Source: Limnohabitans sp. Rim8 (GTDB taxonomy: Bacteria; Pseudomonadota; Gammaproteobacteria; Burkholderiales; Burkholderiaceae_C). From it: a DNA stretch of 41,237 nt. Position numbers and translations under genes: made by a program. This document shows positions 39,305 to 41,237 of the stretch, in pieces. Where the stretch lies: positions 1 through 41,237 of the forward strand of contig CAMCNQ010000001.1 of the NCBI GenBank assembly GCA_945875955.1, read 5' to 3'. Position 1 is the stretch's first letter. Every line of letters begins with the position of its first letter. The notes under the pieces were generated by a model that was given only the letters and a program-made list of their open reading frames with translations, did no database searches and was not told the origin of the DNA.

Positions 39305-39387
39305 GCCACACCGGACCGCTCCAAATTGTCAGCGTCCCCTTGGGGGGCAGCGCCGCAGATGAAATCACAAGCGTGGGGGTCAAATGA
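39301..39387 (+). mobile_element. Putative MITE-like insert at an ATGA overlap, with ATGA duplicated and a 28-aa bridge ORF
   Basis: ATGA at 39301-04 and at 39384-87. Uninterrupted ORF MSHTGPLQIVSVPLGGSAADEITSVGVK. Removing 83 nt restores a clean ATGA overlap. Internal CCCCTTGGGGGGCAGCG and AGCGTGGGGG motifs. Confidence 0.62.
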
Positions 39388-40166
39388 CCAAGAAAATCGG
39401 CGACGTCATCCTTGACGTCAACAACATCAGCTTGCGCTTTGGTGGCGTGAATGCGCTGACCGACATCTCTTTCAATGTGCGCGAGCACGAAGTGCGGGCC
39501 ATCATTGGCCCCAACGGTGCAGGCAAGAGCTCGATGCTCAACTGCATCAACGGGGTCTACACGCCGCACGAAGGTTCCATCACGTTCCGGGGTCAAAAAT
39601 TTGACCAAATGAGCAGCCGCCAAGTGGCCGAGATGGGCATTGCCCGTACCTTCCAGAACCTGGCTTTGTTCAAAGGCATGAGCGTGATCGACAACATCAT
39701 GACCGGGCGCAACCTGCGCATCAAAAGCAACCTCTTTTTGCAGGCTTTGCGCATTGGCCCCGCCCAGCGCGAGGAGGAAGAGCACCGGGAATTTGTCGAG
39801 CACATCATCGACTTTTTGGAAATTCAGGCGTTTCGCAAAACACCTGTGGGCCAGCTGCCTTACGGCTTGCAAAAGCGCGTGGACCTGGGCCGCGCCTTGG
39901 CCATGGAGCCCCAAGTGCTGTTGCTGGACGAACCCATGGCGGGCATGAACATGGAAGAAAAGCAGGACATGTGCCGCTTTATTCTGGACGTCAACGATGA
40001 ATTTGGCTCCACCATCGTGCTGATCGAGCACGACATGGGCGTGGTCATGGACATCTCGGACCGGGTGGTGGTGCTGGACTATGGCAAAAAAATCGGCGAC
40101 GGGACTCCCGAAGAAGTGCGCAACAACGAAGAAGTGATCAGTGCCTATCTGGGCACCAGTCATTGA
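39384..40166 (+). CDS. ABC transporter ATP-binding protein, LivG-like
   Basis: FGGVNAL, GPNGAGKS, ARTFQN, LPYGLQKR, LLDEPMAG, IEHDM and VISAYLG. Confidence 0.93.
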   Translation: MTKKIGDVILDVNNISLRFGGVNALTDISFNVREHEVRAIIGPNGAGKSSMLNCINGVYTPHEGSITFRGQKFDQMSSRQVAEMGIARTFQNLALFKGMSVIDNIMTGRNLRIKSNLFLQALRIGPAQREEEEHREFVEHIIDFLEIQAFRKTPVGQLPYGLQKRVDLGRALAMEPQVLLLDEPMAGMNMEEKQDMCRFILDVNDEFGSTIVLIEHDMGVVMDISDRVVVLDYGKKIGDGTPEEVRNNEEVISAYLGTSH

Positions 40167-40178
40167 GGAGAAAAGGTC

Positions 40179-41108
40179 ATGGCATTTTTCTTGGAAACCC
40201 TGATTGGCGGCTTGATGGCCGGCATGCTGTATTCGCTGGTGGCGCTGGGCTTTGTGTTGATTTTCAAAGCCTCGGGTGTGTTTAACTTTGCCCAAGGCGC
40301 GATGGTCTTGTTCGCCGCTTTGGCCATGGCCCGCTTTTCTGAATGGCTGCCTGCTTGGCTGGGGATTGAGGACAAGTTCCTGGGCAACTTGCTGGCCTTT
40401 GTGGTCGCGGCAGGAGTGATGTTCTTGCTGGCTTGGCTGATTGAGCGCTTGGTGCTGCGCCATTTGGTCAACCAAGAGGGGGTGACCTTGCTGATGGCCA
40501 CCTTGGGCATCACCTACTTCTTGGACGGTCTGGGGCAAACCATTTTCGGCAGCGACATCTACAAGATCGACGTGGGCATGCCCAAAGACCCGGTGTTTTT
40601 GTTTGACTCGGTTTTTCAAGGCGGGGTGATGATCAACCTTGAGGACGTGTATGCCGCATGCATCGCGGCTTTGTTGGTGGTGGTGCTGTCCTTGTTCTTC
40701 CAAAAAACCAGCACCGGCCGCGCCCTGCGTGCGGTGGCCGATGACCACCAGGCCGCGCAGTCGATTGGCATTCCGCTCAACCGCATCTGGGTGATTGTGT
40801 GGTTTGTAGCCGGCATCACGGCCTTGGTGGCCGGCATCATTTGGGGCTCCAAGATGGGCGTGCAATTTTCTTTGACCACGGTGGCCTTGCGGGCGCTGCC
40901 GGTCATCATTTTGGGCGGGCTGACCTCGGTGCCCGGTGCCATCATCGGCGGTCTGATCATCGGCGTGGGTGAAAAGCTGTCCGAGGTGTACCTGGGCCCA
41001 TTTGTGGGCGGCGGTATCGAAATTTGGTTTGCCTATGTGCTGGCCTTGGTGTTCCTGTTGTTCAGGCCACAGGGCTTGTTCGGCGAAAAAATCATTGACC
41101 GCGTGTAA
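40179..41108 (+). CDS. Branched-chain amino acid-type ABC permease, LivH-like
   Basis: YSLVALGFVLIFKASGVFNFAQG, GRALRAVADD, ILGGLTS and RPQGLFG. Confidence 0.93.
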   Translation: MAFFLETLIGGLMAGMLYSLVALGFVLIFKASGVFNFAQGAMVLFAALAMARFSEWLPAWLGIEDKFLGNLLAFVVAAGVMFLLAWLIERLVLRHLVNQEGVTLLMATLGITYFLDGLGQTIFGSDIYKIDVGMPKDPVFLFDSVFQGGVMINLEDVYAACIAALLVVVLSLFFQKTSTGRALRAVADDHQAAQSIGIPLNRIWVIVWFVAGITALVAGIIWGSKMGVQFSLTTVALRALPVIILGGLTSVPGAIIGGLIIGVGEKLSEVYLGPFVGGGIEIWFAYVLALVFLLFRPQGLFGEKIIDRV

Positions 41109-41119
41109 GGAGCCACCAC

Positions 41120-41237
41120 ATGTTTTATAGAGAAAACGGTCAGTTCAAGACCTCTTACCGCAGTGACCAGCAGATCTTTGCGATCGCCCAAGACCGTTGG
41201 GCCATCCTGGGCTTGGTGGCCTTCGCATTCATCGGTG
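41120..41237 (+). CDS. Branched-chain amino acid-type ABC permease, LivM-like (3'-truncated by window edge)
   Basis: AGGAG RBS and ATG at 41120. MFYRENGQFKTSYRSDQQIFAIAQDRWAILGLVAFAFIG stays open to the window end. Expected position in the operon. Confidence 0.8.
   Translation, partial: MFYRENGQFKTSYRSDQQIFAIAQDRWAILGLVAFAFIG

Noticed and set aside
979-40865. Many long antisense or alternative-frame ORFs (e.g. 979-2364, 6805-8280, 10218-11786, 30209-31891, 33847-35118, 35395-36612, 39288-40865)
   Set aside because: They are shadows of well-supported genes, caused by GC-rich codon bias giving few stops on the opposite strand. They have no recognisable motifs.
1-41237. Prophage, integron, IS transposase, reverse transcriptase, or frameshifted/pseudogenised genes
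   Set aside because: No such protein motifs appear in any frame of the ORF track, and all recognised genes look full-length apart from the two cut by the window edges.

Overview
A GC-rich (roughly 60%) betaproteobacterial chromosomal segment, Burkholderiales/Comamonadaceae-like by gene content and order. It is almost fully coding: exbB(partial)-exbD-leuS-lptE-holA-proA-gshA-kup; a DUF1800/DUF1501 pair; psd; a NodIJ-like ABC exporter; a GT4 glycosyltransferase; hbd; a crotonase; a lipoprotein di-heme (bCcP/MauG-family) gene followed by a BaeSR-like two-component system whose kinase carries a long Pro/Arg/His-rich tandem-repeat periplasmic insert; srkA; a glucose module (glk, TctDE-type two-component system, GtsABCD-like ABC importer); an orphan AAA_14/DUF4143 ATPase; htpG; an RsuA/RluF-family pseudouridine synthase; and a Crp-family regulator divergent from an acyl-CoA synthetase plus Liv-type ABC operon (cut by the window end). 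I see no rRNA, tRNA, CRISPR array, transposase or integrase. The most unusual signals are mostly non-genic. (1) An 83-bp element sits exactly in an ATGA stop/start overlap, is flanked by ATGA on both sides, and encodes a 28-aa bridge ORF that would preserve translational coupling. A second ATGA-bridged junction and a possible internally deleted copy of the element also occur. (2) A ~220-nt highly structured intergenic element has recurring YTTCGC motifs. (3) A BaeR-box-like direct repeat links the repeat-bearing kinase system to the di-heme lipoprotein. (4) Palindromic operator candidates lie in front of the AAA/DUF4143 gene, the Crp-linked operon and kup. (5) Several genes look leaderless. 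All family calls come from motif recognition; no database search was run.
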